This document shows, piece by piece, positions 27,148-40,609 of a stretch of DNA of 64,000 nt. Made by a program: the position numbers and the translations under genes. The DNA is taken from positions 37,264,031-37,328,030 of the forward strand of contig NC_068996.1 in NCBI RefSeq assembly GCF_001194135.2, given 5' to 3'. Positions within the stretch are counted from its first letter, which is position 1. The number at the start of each line of letters is the position of its first letter. The DNA comes from Octopus bimaculoides (Eukaryota). The notes beneath the pieces were generated by a model. It made no database searches and was not told the origin of the DNA. It worked only from the letters and a program-made list of their open reading frames with translations.

Positions 27148-27310
27148 CTGTGCTACTGCAATAAGAGATAACAGAAGATAGAGTTCTTGTTTGCTGAGTT
27201 GCCCTGGTGTCGTCATATTACATACTTCCCAAATCTCTCTCAAAGTCTGTCGAGGAAGATCACTTAAGAGAAGAATTGGATATAGTCTGTCTGTGATTAT
27301 ACAATCATTC
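27148..27310 (-). CDS. SYNRG: SYNRG EH-like domain exon
   Basis: Acceptor tttttttttcccccag, donor gtatgt. 163 nt, phase 2 to 0. LYPIL..S.LPR.TL..IW..N.TTPG.L.K.EL pattern. Confidence 0.95.
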
Positions 27311-27959
27311 CTGGGGGAAAAAAAAAGATCATTTTTCAATGTAAAACAATCTGCTGCCAAAATATTGATGTAGAATGGCCATGAGATTAAAGTGCTGGAC
27401 TACACCATGTTATTCAGGTTCAAATTTCACAACTATTACAATTGTTTTGTGATCCTGGATCAAGATATGTTAAACTATGTACTTCAGTTTATTAGAAATG
27501 ATAAGAACAGAAAACAATCAAGCAGGTTTTCTCCAGTTAACTGATTAGCAGTAGGGACAGCAGTGATACAGTGTGGGTTTTGGCTGCACTGTGTAGTAGT
27601 CAAATTGCACTCACCACCCTTCCTTAAATATATGTTTGACTACAGCAAAAACATGTACATGAAGTGGTTAGCTGGTGAGGTCCACACACTTTGTACACCC
27701 TACATTGCACCATCAAGAAACACCATCCATTTATAATATCAAGAGTTTCGATTGAGGTAAAAAAAAAAATTATGAAAAAAAAAAGAAAGAAAAACCAAGA
27801 AACCCAAATGCGAAAATGGAAACAGGAATTTAAATAGCAAAAAGAAAATAAAAGTTATGGAAAAAGAAAAATCAATATTTCTACATTTTTCATCAACTTG
27901 GAGCAGCAGAGAAGCAAGGAGCAAAAAAAACAAAAAAACAGCAACATAAAGGAGAGTAA

Positions 27960-28200
27960 TATATAGAACAGGAACAATATTAGAACTGATCAATATGTTA
28001 GTCTTTCATATGCTACGCTTTTGTACATTACTAATATGTGGTACAGTTCTGTGTTCTACCTTATTCTGTTCTTTGCTACCATTCTATATTGATCCAGAAC
28101 AGTAGTGCAGACCAATAATAAGAACTATATTAATATAGAACAAAATAACATCGAACAGAATGCTGCAGAAGAGCAACATAGAGCAGAGAAACATACAATA
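27960..28200. repeat. Degenerate AGAAC-based repeat (also 28960-29110)
   Basis: atagaac/cagaac units, with a short inverted portion at 28040-28095. Confidence 0.55.
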
Positions 28201-28494
28201 GTAACACAGATAATCATCATCATTGCTATCATCATTTTAATGTCCATATTTCAATGCATGCATGGGCTGGACAATGTTTACTGAGATAGATTTTTCTATG
28301 GCCAGAAGCCTTTCCTGTCACCTACCCTCACCTGTTTCCAAGTAAGACAATATTTTCACTATGGCCAGACATGCTTATGCAGAATACCAGAAAAAAATGA
28401 CACTGCTTGCATGACTGGGACACTCGTTTAGAACTATAACATGATGTCAAAACTAGGGGATGCACACACACACTTGCATGTGTGTGTGTGAGAG

Positions 28495-28760
28495 TGCATG
28501 GCTTAATGGTTAGGCTGTTGCACTCAAGATTGCAAGATCATAGTTTCAATTCCTGGACTGGATGGTGCATTGTGTTCTCAAGCAAAACACTCCATATCAC
28601 ACAATCACTTTAACACCTGACGCATGGAACACTGTGTACCTGTCCAGGCAATGTCGATTTCATGGAGGGAGCGAGCTAATGTACAACACATTTAATTTCT
28701 ATAAAACAAATAATTTGTGCAGGTTGTTCAGCAAGAAATTGCAAAACCATTTTCCTTTGA
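28495..28760 (+). mobile_element. tRNA-derived SINE family F copy
   Basis: Head TGGCTTAATGG ... GTTTCAATTCC. Related copies at 31425-31660 (+) and 45400-45720 (-). Confidence 0.65.
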
Positions 28761-30091
28761 CTATGAGAGACTACTCTCATCATCATCATCATATATACAT
28801 GACAAGCTTTCTTTCTGCCTATCAAATCCACTCAGGGTTTTGGTAGGCACAAGGCTATAGAAGAAAACACTTGCCTAAGGTGCCATGCAATGGGACTGAA
28901 CTCACAACTAGGTAGTTGGGAAACAAACTTCTTGACTACACAGCCACGAACAGCATAAATAATCCATAACATAGAACATAGCAATATAAAAGAGACACAT
29001 AGAAGAGTAAGCATAGAGCAAGGATAACTTAGAACAGAGAAACTAATACATAGAATAGTAACACAGAACTTAGCAACATACATATTAGAACTTGATTACT
29101 GAACCATCAGCCCCAATGCTACCCAATCTATAATATCAATATTGGAAAGTCTAAGGAAGTCAATATTAAGAATAGTTAAAATATTGCTACTATTGTTCCT
29201 ACCATTTGGTAACAGTTATATCAAAGAAACATACCAACAGATTCTTCCTTTATTACTACAACACTCCAAGACAGACTATAGGTATGGTACTGAAACATCA
29301 GTAACATAAGAATGGTTAAGTGGCCTTCCTCCTGCATTAGGGTGTGGCTAACTATGCATACAGGCAAGTCCTTTATGGCCCATACCAGTGCCATGTAAAA
29401 AGAACTTGTGCCAGCACCATGTAAAATGCACTTGTGTCAGTGCCATGGTATAAGCACTCGTGCTGCTGCCACATGTACAGAATATTTGTGACAGCACCAT
29501 GTAAGAGTACTCATGCCCCAATGCCACATAAAAAGCGCCCAGCACACTCTGTAATGAGTTGGTGTTAGGAAGGGCATCTAGTCATACAAACCATGCCAAA
29601 ACAGACATGGAGCTGGGCAGCTCTCCAGCTGGCCAGTTCCTATCAAGCCATCCAACCCAAGCTAGCATGGAAAATGGTTGTTAAATGATGATGAAAATGA
29701 TGAATCGTCTCAAATACCATATCAGATATGGTCTGGTGTTCACCATAGTAACAGTGGCCAGCAAAGCCAACCCTACTTTGAACAATAACAGTAGTGATTT
29801 AAGGTAATTTTGCTGTTATTTCTAGTAGGTTGAGCAATCATACAGAGACTCCATTGCTAGAATGGAACCTAAGTTCAAGAAATCAGTTCAATGAAAAGTG
29901 AGTGTGATTCCATTATGTCTACATATTGTTAATGTAAGGGATTAATGTTTATAAAATACCTAATTAAACAATTAACTTTCCATTCGTTAAAGTTTCAGTT
30001 TAATGAATATCATTTTTAAAATTGGAAAATGTCACCTTTTGAGAATTTTTAAGAACTAAGAAATGTTAAAGTTGTTTTTTTTATAACTTAC

Positions 30092-30281
30092 GCTGAAGAA
30101 GCTTCATAAACTTGTCTATAGACATGTGGAATTTGGTCATCATCCAAATAACACCATGAAGGAAGTGTCTGGAATGGTCCCATTGGATACTGAGAAACTG
30201 TTGGTGTTGTACTTCCGCTATCTGGTGTTGTACACTGAGGTTGCATGTTGGAACTAACATCAGGTGTTACAGGTGGCTGAT
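30092..30281 (-). CDS. SYNRG: SYNRG exon DQPPVTP...LPSWCYLDDDQIPHVYRQVYEASS (EH domain N-flank)
   Basis: Acceptor tgtatttgcag, donor gtaagt. 190 nt, phase 1 to 2. Resembles vertebrate MPPWIYNESLVPDAYKKILE. Confidence 0.9.
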
Positions 30282-31353
30282 CTGCAAATACAAGTAAAAA
30301 CTAACAAAATGAAACATGTAACTGAATAATTTATATGAAATTTTAACAAAAGAAGGCAATTTCAATTAAATTTTCTTCATTTAACAATGTCAGAATTATA
30401 AAACCATGATGAATATTTTTCTTAAAATGAAATCTGAATGGGGAGAAAAAAACAGAATAAGTTTCCAAATTTGAAATCAGTTTAAACCTGCATTAAAAAA
30501 AAAAAAAAAAAAAAAAAAAAACGCTTTGTTTTCAAAAGAAGGCACTAAGAAAGAAATACACTAAAAAAGTTTCTCATGGACTTAAATTGAAGTTTGAATT
30601 TTAAAATGGAATATTTTTCTTCCAAATTTTGAATGATGAAAATATCTATTCTATTATTTTAAAACTTCAAATTAGAAAGGGGACGAGAAACTAAACTGGA
30701 ATATTTACCTTCAATTCTAATTGCTGAAATACTGACCTACTTCTTTGTCTACTTCTTTATCTATCCACCTACCTACCTTTCTATCTACCTACTATTCTAT
30801 CTTCACAAACATGTATATATTCCAATGATGGATGTTTTGAAATAAAATGGATGAGGTGGGTGAGTCAAGTTGGTGAAGAGAGATGTAGAGGATAAGGCAA
30901 AATGGAGAAAACTGTAATGGGGATTGCAAGTTTTACTTCTGCTGTAAAAACACCTATTATCATCATTATTTCAACTTTTTCACATGGACCAGAGGAAATT
31001 TGTTGAAGTACTTTTTCTATGATTAGATATCCTCCATGTTGGCAAACCTCACCTGTTCCCAAGTAAAATACTATTCCCACAGGACTGGACATGTTTCCAT
31101 GGGAATCTGGACCGAAGGACATTGCTTGTGCAATGAGGATGCTTGTTTGCAACTTTCATGCACTGTCAAGACAGGAAGCACTAACACACACGAGAGGTTT
31201 CTTTCAGTTTCCATCTAGCAAATTCACTCGTAAGGCTTTGATTGGCCCAGGGTAGAAGACCAAAGTGACATGCTGTGGACTGAACCTGAAACCATGTGGC
31301 TGAAAGAAAACATCTTAATCACAGAGCTACACAGAGCACTTGTGTGTGTGTGT

Positions 31354-31424
<71 letters not shown>

Positions 31425-31425
<1 letters not shown>

Positions 31426-31660
31426 GCACATGGCTTAGTGGTTAAGGTGTTGCACTCACGATTGCGAGATCATGGGTTTGATTTTCAGACCGGCATTGCA
31501 TTGTATTCTTGAGCAAACTACTTCATTTCATGTTGCTCTGTGATCATCTGACATGTGGCACCTGTATTGTTCACAATAAACAAATCATCTGTGTGGTTGT
31601 TCGGTAAGAAACTGTTGAACTCTCATATGTCATCTAACAACAGGAGAGTCTATCATGTGT
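31425..31660 (+). mobile_element. SINE family F copy
   Basis: tggcttagtggttaaggtgttgcactcacg...ttgagcaaactacttcatttc. Confidence 0.65.
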
Positions 31661-31686
31661 GTATGTATATACATATATATATATAT

Positions 31687-31729
<43 letters not shown>

Positions 31730-32023
31730 AAACTGGCACTGTCAGTTACAGAAATGAGTGTTCCAGTTGATCCAATTAATAGAACAGTATGCTCGTGAAA
31801 TTAACACACAAGTGGTTGAGCACTCCACAGACACACATAACCTTAATGTAGTTCTCAGGGAGATTCAACATGACATAATGTGACACGGTTAGCCCTTTTT
31901 TTGAATTACAGGTACAACTCATTTTTGCTAGTTGAGTGAAACAAAGTGACTTGCTCAAGGACACAATGCCCCTAACCGCTAAGCCATAAAAAATATAAAT
32001 TGAGAAAAATAACTATGACCTAC

Positions 32024-32221
32024 CTTCTACTTTAAATAGGCCTGACAAACTTTCATCGCCGTCTTGCCACTTACGAGATCGCTCACTGCTGGTATATGAG
32101 GCACTCTTCGAGGTTATAACATTGGTTGGGTTTGTTTCCCTCAAAGTCTTTTTGTTCTGGAATGTTTTGGCTTTCTGAGAAACATTTAGGTCAGAATACT
32201 GTAGCATCATCGCCATTAAAT
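32024..32221 (-). CDS. SYNRG: SYNRG exon DLMAMMLQYSDLNV...LSGLFKVE
   Basis: Acceptor aattttcag, donor gtaggt. 198 nt, phase 1 to 1. Confidence 0.85.
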
Positions 32222-33264
32222 CTGAAAATTAATCAGCAAAATTATTGTTCCTCAATAAAAGTTTGTGAGTATTTTGAGTTCATCATCATCAATATGATTG
32301 ATGAGGTGGCAAGCTGGCAAAATTATTAGAAAACTGGAAAAATCCTTAGTGATATCCATCCCAGGTCTTTTACATTCCAAGTTCAAATCCCAGCCGAAAT
32401 AAGCTTCGCATTTCATTCCTCAGGGATCAATAAAATAAAGTACCACTCAAATACTGGCATTAATGCAATCAACAATTAACTTACCCCTCCCTTCAAAAGT
32501 GCAGGCTTTCTACAAACATTTGAAAGCATTATTATTACGATCCATATTAATACTACAACTGAATGAATTTTTGCTAAAAATTCTTTCCAGAGATATCTCC
32601 AAATGCAACCAAATCTTTCAGGAGTAAAAACCGAATTTCTTCTTCTTCGATGTGGTGCCACATAAAAGCACTCAGTACATTCTGTAAAGTGGTTGGCATT
32701 TGGAAGGGCAAAACAGAATGGAGTCTGGTGCATCTCCCCCAGCTTGCCAGCTCTGGTCATACCATCCAACTGATGCCAGCATGGACAATACACGTTAAAT
32801 GATGATGAACTGGGTCTTTCAGTTTCCACCAACAAAATCTAAAATCTGCTCAGAGGGCTTTGGTTGGACTGAAACTATATCAGCAGACACTTGTCCAAGG
32901 TGCCACACAGTGGGACTGAACCCAAATAATTTCTAATTGAATAGTGCTGCAGATAACCTGGTCAAGATATTACGTAATTCAGCGACTCACTGCATTGTTA
33001 TGAATTCAAATCAGACTGAAGTCATTTTACTTATACTTGGCATTTGGAAAGGATAAACACTAGTAATATACTGGGGCTGCAAGTGAAATAAAGTAGACAG
33101 AAACTGTATAGGAGCCCATCAGGTAGATCACATACACTGAGTAACACCAATTGGTGCTCCATTGGTGTATGATCTACAACTTCAACGGCAATTACTTTAG
33201 GTTAGTTTTTAGTTTCTTTACATTGCAAAACTCACAGCTGCCAAACTTGTATGATCTCTTACTC

Positions 33265-33645
33265 TTTTACTTGTTTCAGTCCTTTGACTGCGGTCATGCT
33301 GGAGCACCACCTTTAGTCGAGCAAATCGACCCTAGGACTTATTCTTTATAAACCTAGTACTTATTCTAGCAATCTCTTTTGCCAAACTGCTAAGTTACTG
33401 GGACGTAAACAGACTAGCATCAGTTGTCAAGCGATGTTAGGGGGACAAACATATACACACACATACATATATACATATATACAAAAGGCTTCTTTCAGTT
33501 TCCGTCTACCAAATCCACTCACAAGGCTTTGGTCGTCCCGAGGCTATAGTAGAAGACACTTGCCCAAGGTGCCACACAGTGGGACTGAACCCAGAACCAT
33601 GTGGTTGGTAAGCAAGCTACTTACCACACAGCCACTCCTGCGCAT
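33265..33645 (-). mobile_element. SINE family A, full-length
   Basis: Minus-strand head gcgcaggagTGGCTGTGTGGtaag (A box) ... GGGTTCAGTCCC (B box); tail gactgaaacaagtaaaagagtaa. Confidence 0.9.
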
Positions 33646-34063
33646 ATTTTAAATATTATATTGTTTATTCTTGATTTCTTATTTACTTAGACATAAATGG
33701 TTTTATAACTATTAAAATAATAAGAACTTTGAAAATAATCCATTTACAATGCTAAGTATGTACTAAAGTATTTATTGTAAAAAATCTTTAGCCAACAACT
33801 TGAGGGTCTTTAGAGATTGAAAAGTAAACTAAAAAATAACCTAAAGTAATCGTCCTTTAAGTTGTAGATCACACGCCAAAGCAACACCCACTGATACTAC
33901 CTAATAATTACGTCGAGGATACACATGGAATGCTCAGCCAACTAAATGATAATTCAAGGACAGATAATTCAGTTAATGGAACAACTGAATCCTTATCAAA
34001 CAACAGAAATCCACAACATTCTTTTAATAATACGTCAATAAATGCTATTCTACTGCCTTTTAC

Positions 34064-34231
34064 CTTTGGTTTCTTCTTCTTCTTCTTCATTGACAGGGGG
34101 AGGAGCTTTAGCTGGATTATTTTCAGATGAGGATGAAGAAAAGCCTAAAGAACCCATCCAAGATTTCTCAGACTGTTCAGAACTTGGTCCTTGCATAAAG
34201 TCTCCAAAACTATCAGGATCACTGTCAATTG
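34064..34231 (-). CDS. SYNRG: SYNRG exon AIDSDPDSFGDFMQGP...NEEEEEETK
   Basis: Acceptor after (tttta)n ending tttcag, donor gtaaaa. 168 nt, phase 1 to 1. DSFGDF motif. Confidence 0.87.
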
Positions 34232-34644
34232 CTGAAATAAAATAAAATAAAATAAAATAAACTACAATAGAAGGGTACATGAAGGTGAAGATAGTTACTA
34301 GAGTTGATAACATTAATTACTGCCGCTACTATTATCACCAATATCATTACTAATAATTCTTTCTAATTTTTTATTGACCCCTGAAAGCCAAGTTGACCTC
34401 ACTGCAGTTAGAACTCAGAGTGCAGAGAATTGAAACAAATACTGTTAAGCAGTCTGCATGATGCTCTAACAACTTTGCCAATTAACCATGTATGTTGTCA
34501 TCATTTTAATATGCACTTTTCTATGCATACATGCTTCACACATTTAGTTTATTGAGATAGATTTGCTACAACAGGATACCCTTCCTGTCACCAACCCTCA
34601 CCTACAAATGAGGTAATATTTCTCCTATAGCCAGGCATGTTTAT

Positions 34645-35230
34645 ACATCATCATCATCGTTTAACGTCCGCTTTCCATGCTAGCATGGGTTTGACAATTT
34701 GACTGAGGACTGGTGAACCGGATGGCTACACCAGGCTCCAATCTGATCTGGCAGAGTTTCTACAGATGGATGCCCTTCCTAATGCCAACCACTCCGAGAG
34801 TGTAGTGGGTGCTTTTAAGTGCCAGCAGCACGAAGGCCAGTCAGGAGGTACTGGCAACAGTCACGCTCGAAATGGTGTTTTTTACATGCCACCTGCACAG
34901 GAGCCAGTCCAGCAGCACTGGCAACGACCTTGCTAGAATGTTTTTCATGCCACTGGCACAAGTGCCAGTAAGGCAACGCTGGTAACGATCACACTCAAAT
35001 GGTGCTTTTCACGTGCCATCGGCACGGGAGCCAGACAGCTGCTCTGGCAATGATCACACTCGGATGGTGCTGTTAGCACTCCACTGGCACGGGTGCCAGT
35101 CATCAAATTTGGTTCAATTTCGATTTCACTTGCCCCAACAGGTCTTCGCAAGCAGAGTTTAGTGTCCAATGAAGGAAAGGTTGGCATGGGTGCCAGTCGT
35201 CGAATTTGGATCGATTATGATTTCGATTTT
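34645..35230 (-). mobile_element. Family B long form
   Basis: Closely matches the reverse complement of 22020-22530. Confidence 0.85.
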
Positions 35231-35799
35231 GCAGAAAAGAACAACACTACATATATGATAGTGACACTCGTTTACAACTATCATGTGGGTTATCAAGACA
35301 AGCAGACTCAAAGATACACATATAGTTATATATCACCACACCCATCATAGATCCAACAGTTTTCTTTCAGTTTCCATCTAACAAATCCATTTACTAGGCT
35401 TTAGTCAGCCTTAGACTAGAGTAGAAGTCGTGCTTAAGGTGCCACTTGGTGGGGACCAAACTCAAAACCATATGGCTGGGAAGCAAACTAACCCACACAA
35501 CCATGCCTACACACACACACACAAATTTCTTTAACACATTGTTGACTAATGGATTATCTGGCAGACAAAGATTTAATATCAAACAGATACATTGACAGAA
35601 ATAAACTTGTCTTCTATTTTTATTATCAAATTCTAAAATAATACGTCCCAAGATCATATTAAATATGATAAGATCCAAATTCAGGTAGAAGAGAACACAC
35701 TCACCCTTCACCCTTGTGCCCAAAACATTTGTATATCATCTGTCAGATGAATATTTTACTTCTTGCTCAGTACCACTTTCTCTTTCATCCACTTATATT

Positions 35800-36185
35800 T
35801 TATCCTATAGCTTTTATCATTTATATCAGCTGGAGTACCACCTCGAAGGATTTAGTTGAAATAATCAACCCCTTTTTAAGCCTGGTACTTATTCTTTTAT
35901 ATATTTTTCTTTTACTTTTGCCAAACTGTCAAGTTATGGGGGGATACAAACAAACCAATGCCAGTTGTCAAGTGATGGTGGTGGTGGTGGTGGACAAATA
36001 CACAGATACACATACACACACATGACAAGCTTTTTTCAGTTTCTGTCTCTCAAATCTTGTCACAAGGCTTTTGGTAAACTTTGGACTATAGTAGAAGACA
36101 CTTGCCCAAGATGCCATGCAGGGATACTGAACCCAGAACCATGTGGTTGGAAAGCACGCTTCTTACCATACAGTTATGCCTGCAC
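35800..36185 (-). mobile_element. SINE family A, diverged copy
   Basis: Same module order as 33265-33645. Confidence 0.75.
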
Positions 36186-36495
36186 CAATGAAACTATGTT
36201 TGTACCTATAATTAGGTACAATACAGTAAATTTTCCCTAACACTAACAGGGTAAACTCAAACTTGGGATGTGTTATTATCTGCAAGAAATAATCCAAACA
36301 AGATATGACAGCAATAAAATACAAATGTAGTGTCACAAGGAAAGGAAAACATACTAGAGTTTCAAAACTGAAGCTTCTATCAATAAAGAACCTATCACTG
36401 TTATTCCTTTCCTCAATGCAGCTACCATTTCATAGCATTTACTATACTAGTCTCTCTAACAGAAGGCAGTGAAATGTACAGATGAGTCTACATAC

Positions 36496-36788
36496 CTGTT
36501 GTCGTTGTCGTATTAGTAGTTGTAACAGTTTGAGATGTTTGTGGAATGTGAACTTTAGGTTTTGATTTTGGAACTTTACCAAACATGGACTCAATCATGC
36601 GGTCGGGATCGGAAGATACCACGCCTAATCGACCAAATAGTTTCAGTTTCATTTGTTGTTCATGAAAATGCTTCCCTTTTCTTTGATCTTCAACAATGTG
36701 AGCATTGACAGGGACACCAGCTATCATTTGACCAGGGAGTACACCGTGGACAATACCAGGAACCATTGTTGCATGAAACTGTTGGTTG
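36496..36788 (-). CDS. SYNRG: SYNRG exon NQQFHATM...EDQRKGKHFHEQQMKLKLF...TTTT
   Basis: Acceptor tttgtcatcag, donor gtatgt. 293 nt, phase 2 to 1. Resembles vertebrate EEERKRRQFEEQKQKLRLL. Confidence 0.9.
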
Positions 36789-37014
36789 CTGATGACAAAT
36801 AAAAATATATAAATACATAAAATGTCAAAAATAAAATGTACTACTAATTTTTTTTTTACCAATATTACTAATAAATCTAATTCTTCTACAACACCAAATA
36901 AAAAAGAAAAAAACTGAGCATGAGTCACATGAGTAATATTCTTTCTAATTTTAGCACAAGGCCATTAATTTTGAGAAGAGACAGTCAATTGACTCCAGTG
37001 CTCAATTGGTACTC

Positions 37015-37304
37015 TTTACTCTTTTACTTGTTTCAGTCATTTGACTGTGGCCATGCTGGAGCACCACCTTTAGTCAAGCAAATCAACTTCAGGGCTTATT
37101 CTTTGCAAGCCTAGTACTTATTCTATCGGTCTTTTTTGCTGAATTGCTAAGATACAGGGACGTAAACACACCAGCATCAGTTGTCAAGCGATGTTGGGGG
37201 GACAAACACAGACACACAAACACACACAGGCGGAAGTTACTGCCGTGTGTGTATATGTCTGTGTATGTGCTTGTGCCTCTCTCCCAAAGAGAGAGAGAGG
37301 GAAA

Positions 37305-37342
<38 letters not shown>

Positions 37343-37505
37343 GACAGGCTTCTTTCAGTTTCAGTCTACAAAATCCACTCACAAGGCTTTGGTCGGCCTG
37401 AGGCTATAGTAGAAGACACTTGCCCAAGGTGTCAAGCAGTGGGACTGAACCTGGAATCATGTGGTTCGTAAGCAAGCTACTTACCACATAGCCACTCCTG
37501 CGCCT
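37015..37505 (-). mobile_element. SINE family A, full-length with internal (TA)n expansion
   Basis: Head aggcgcaggagtggctatgtggtaagtagcttgc on minus; same tail. Confidence 0.9.
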
Positions 37506-37509
37506 GTGG

Positions 37510-38105
37510 ACTTTATTTTTTGATTCTGTAAGGATGAAAGGCAAAGTCAATCTCAGCAGAACTTGAGCTCAGAATGTAAAGATCGAAGAAATGACACAAA
37601 GTATTTTGTCCAGTATTTTGACAATTCAGCTAGCATACCAACTTAATAATAATGATATTAAGAATAATTATTTCTACACTAGGCACAAGGCCTTGAAAAT
37701 TTTGGGGGCAAGAGGGCTAATCGATTACATCTACCCCAGTGTGTAACTGGTACTTGTTTCATTGACCCCAAAAGGATGTAAGGCAAAGTCAACGCCTGCA
37801 GAATTTGAACTCAAAACGTAGCAGCAGACGAAATGCAAGTAAGCATTTTGCCCATCATACTAATGATTCTGCCAACTTGCCACCTTAATAATAATAATAA
37901 TAATAATGGTTTCAAATCTTACCACAAGGGCAGCCATTTTGGGGGAGGGGATAAGTTGATTACATCAATTCCAGTGCTCAACTGGTAATTATTTTATTGA
38001 CCCCCCAAAAAAGGCAAAGTCGACCACAGTGGAATTTAAACACAGAACATAAAATGCCACTAAGCATTTTGCCTGGTGTGCTAACAATTCTGCCAGCTTG
38101 CTGCC

Positions 38106-38158
<53 letters not shown>

Positions 38159-38290
38159 CTCTTGCACAATAGACATAAGATCTGAAATTTTGAGGGTGGG
38201 TGCTTGTTGATTACATTAACCCCAGTGCTCAGCTGGTACTTATTAATGCAAAAGGATGAAAAACAAAGTTGACCACAGTGGAATTTAACT
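37510..38290 (-). mobile_element. Chain of about four SINE family C copies linked by (AAT)n
   Basis: Repeated gaaaggcaaagtc...gaactcag modules; (taa)n runs at about 37645, 37888 and 38107-38158. Confidence 0.8.
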
Positions 38291-38464
38291 TAACCTTTCA
38301 TCCTTTCAAGGATTTAGTTTAACAATGAAAGTATTAATTAATTGATTAAATCCCTTTGAGATTTGATTATTATTTTCAAACCACAGGCAAAGTGTTTCTT
38401 TAGAAGCAGATTCATGCAAGAGTTAAATAAAAAATTTAAATTTAAAATGTAATGGAAAACTTAC

Positions 38465-38580
38465 GCTTGTTGAGCATGGAAACTCTGAGCCATTTGTGGT
38501 GTGTATGGTGGCGGAGGAGGAATGTTGCCAGCACTCATCATGGTGGTAGGAATAGCCATTGGTGTGGCTATGTACGTTCC
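38465..38580 (-). CDS. SYNRG: SYNRG exon GTYIATPM...PPPPPYTPQMAQSFHAQQ
   Basis: Acceptor aactgtag, donor gtaagt. 116 nt, phase 0 to 2. Resembles vertebrate PQYTPDMQKQF. Confidence 0.9.
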
Positions 38581-38679
38581 CTACAGTTTACAAGATAAAA
38601 TTCTGATAAACACTAAAACAAAGGTAAGAGCATAAAGAAACTTCCGACATGTGTCTATGTGTTACATAATGCATCGTTG

Positions 38680-39195
38680 TTTGCTTGGAAAATATATCAG
38701 ATGATGTAATTTTTCTGATAAGATTACATGTTGTGATTATAAAATATTATATGTAATTTCTCAGGCAATACTGCATGTTGAGATTTCTAAGGTACTGCTA
38801 CTACGTTTAGATTTCTCTGGTAATATTACATATCATTTCTCTGTACAGTATGTGAATTCTATGGTGATGTATGTGTGCTTTCTATGGAATATTAGGTGCA
38901 ATTTTATTGGTAGAGCCACTTGTTGGGATTTGTTTGATAACACTACATGTTGAAATTTCTTTGGTAATACCACATGTAGGTATTTTTAAAGTCACGCTAC
39001 ATGTGATTTCCATAGGAATTCTGCCAGTCGTTTCTCTTGTAATACATGTAGTGATTTCACTGGTAACACCATGTTACTTCTGGTAATAACCACATGTTAT
39101 ATTTCTGTGGAAATACTACATGTGAGTTATCTAGTCATACTACATGTGAGTTCTATGGTAATACTGCATGTGATTTCTATGGTAATAATGCATGA
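38680..39195. repeat. Degenerate ~24-28-bp minisatellite
   Basis: Consensus approx. tacatgtgatttctatggtaatac, about 20 units. Confidence 0.85.
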
Positions 39196-39570
39196 TGGGA
39201 TATCTCTGACTTAGAATATTCAAAATCATTAACAACCCATTCTAACTATTATAATTATTAAAAAGCCATTCCGATACAACAGTGAGTCATCCACAATAAT
39301 TATTGTAATTAAAAGATATTTCTCTATAGCTTGTGGTAATTGTGGAATTTGCTGTATTAACTTCTTAACTAATTAATCTGTGAAACAATGAAGTATGACA
39401 TTTGCGAAGATAGAAAATATCTCTCTTACTGTAGGAGACAAATTAATAGAAGTGAGGGGGTATTCTCTTTAACAATGATTATTAATTATTACAGTAAAAT
39501 GACTTGTCTACATTTCAAGCAATAAATGACAGAAGATTTAGAGGATAAATACTCTGTACATGTAACTTGA

Positions 39571-40000
39571 CCCCTTAGCATTTGAACTGACTGACTATAT
39601 CCAGCCCAAATATTCTACCTGTATTATCAACTGTTCAAATCCAGTCTCTCACACCTACTCTACAATGTCATTCTAAAAATAAACAGTTACATCATTAAAA
39701 TCTCAAAACTGAGATAATGCTTCATTAATTCAAAACAATGTGAATAAATAAGTATTACATTTGAGAGCAGAGTAATCTGAATGCTGAAGTGTTAAGCCAG
39801 CCATAATTAGCCCAAATATTATACCTGTTTAATGTTCAAACTGGCTAGAACCAGCCCCTCATACCTACCCTACAATGTCAATCTAAAAATAAACAATCAC
39901 ATCATTAAAATCTCAAAGCTATGAGATAATGCATGATTAATTCAAAACAATGTGAATAATTAAAAATTACATTTGACAAAGTAATCTGAATGCTAAAGGG
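39571..40000 (+). mobile_element. piggyBac-type MITE family 1, tandem dimer
   Basis: Two head-to-tail units joined at the ttaa at 39792-39795. Confidence 0.8.
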
Positions 40001-40319
40001 TCAGGATATTTAAATAAGAAACTGAATAATGATTAGAAATATTTTACAAATTTTCCCCACAGAAAAAAAAAGAACACATTTTTGTATTTATATGAATTTG
40101 ATACAAAATATTTAAAACAAATTACATCTTTAAAACAGGAAAAGGAGGGAAGTAACATGAATGGAAACAAAATTTAGAAGCAAAAAAATAAATAATAAAA
40201 AACCAGGACAAGAAGGGAACAATGAATTGTAAGCATAAAAGGGTATCACAGGGGCACGGAAAAACATGTCATTCAAAAATTAGTCATACTACTACTACTA
40301 CTGATAATAATAAAGGTTT

Positions 40320-40520
40320 CCAATTTTGGCACATCGTCAGTAATTACAGAGGGAATAAGTTGATTATATCAAATCCCAGTGTTCAACCAGTATTTATTTT
40401 ATCAACCCTGAAAGGATGAAAGGCAAAGTTGACCTTGGTGGAATTTGAACTCAGAACGTTAAGAAATGTCGCTAAGTATTTTGTCTAGCATGCTAACAAT
40501 TCTACAAGATTGCGACCTTA
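40320..40520 (-). mobile_element. SINE family C copy
   Basis: tggcaca...accctgaaaggatgaaaggcaaagttgaccttggtggaatttgaactcagaacg...gcgacctt. Confidence 0.8.
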
Positions 40521-40609
40521 GTATATATTAATGGTGCATTAAATTCAATAGCTTTTAAAAATTTTTTATTGTCAATAATTACACTACAGTTACATCTCAT
40601 TGTAAATTA

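Noticed and set aside
33600-33645. SINE heads as tRNA genes
   Set aside because: A and B boxes are present, but there is no cloverleaf or acceptor stem and each is followed by a SINE body.
33912-34045. Extra exon AFIDVLLKECC... next to exon 34064-34231
   Set aside because: The implied intron would be about 19 nt, and the direct read-through is in a different frame.
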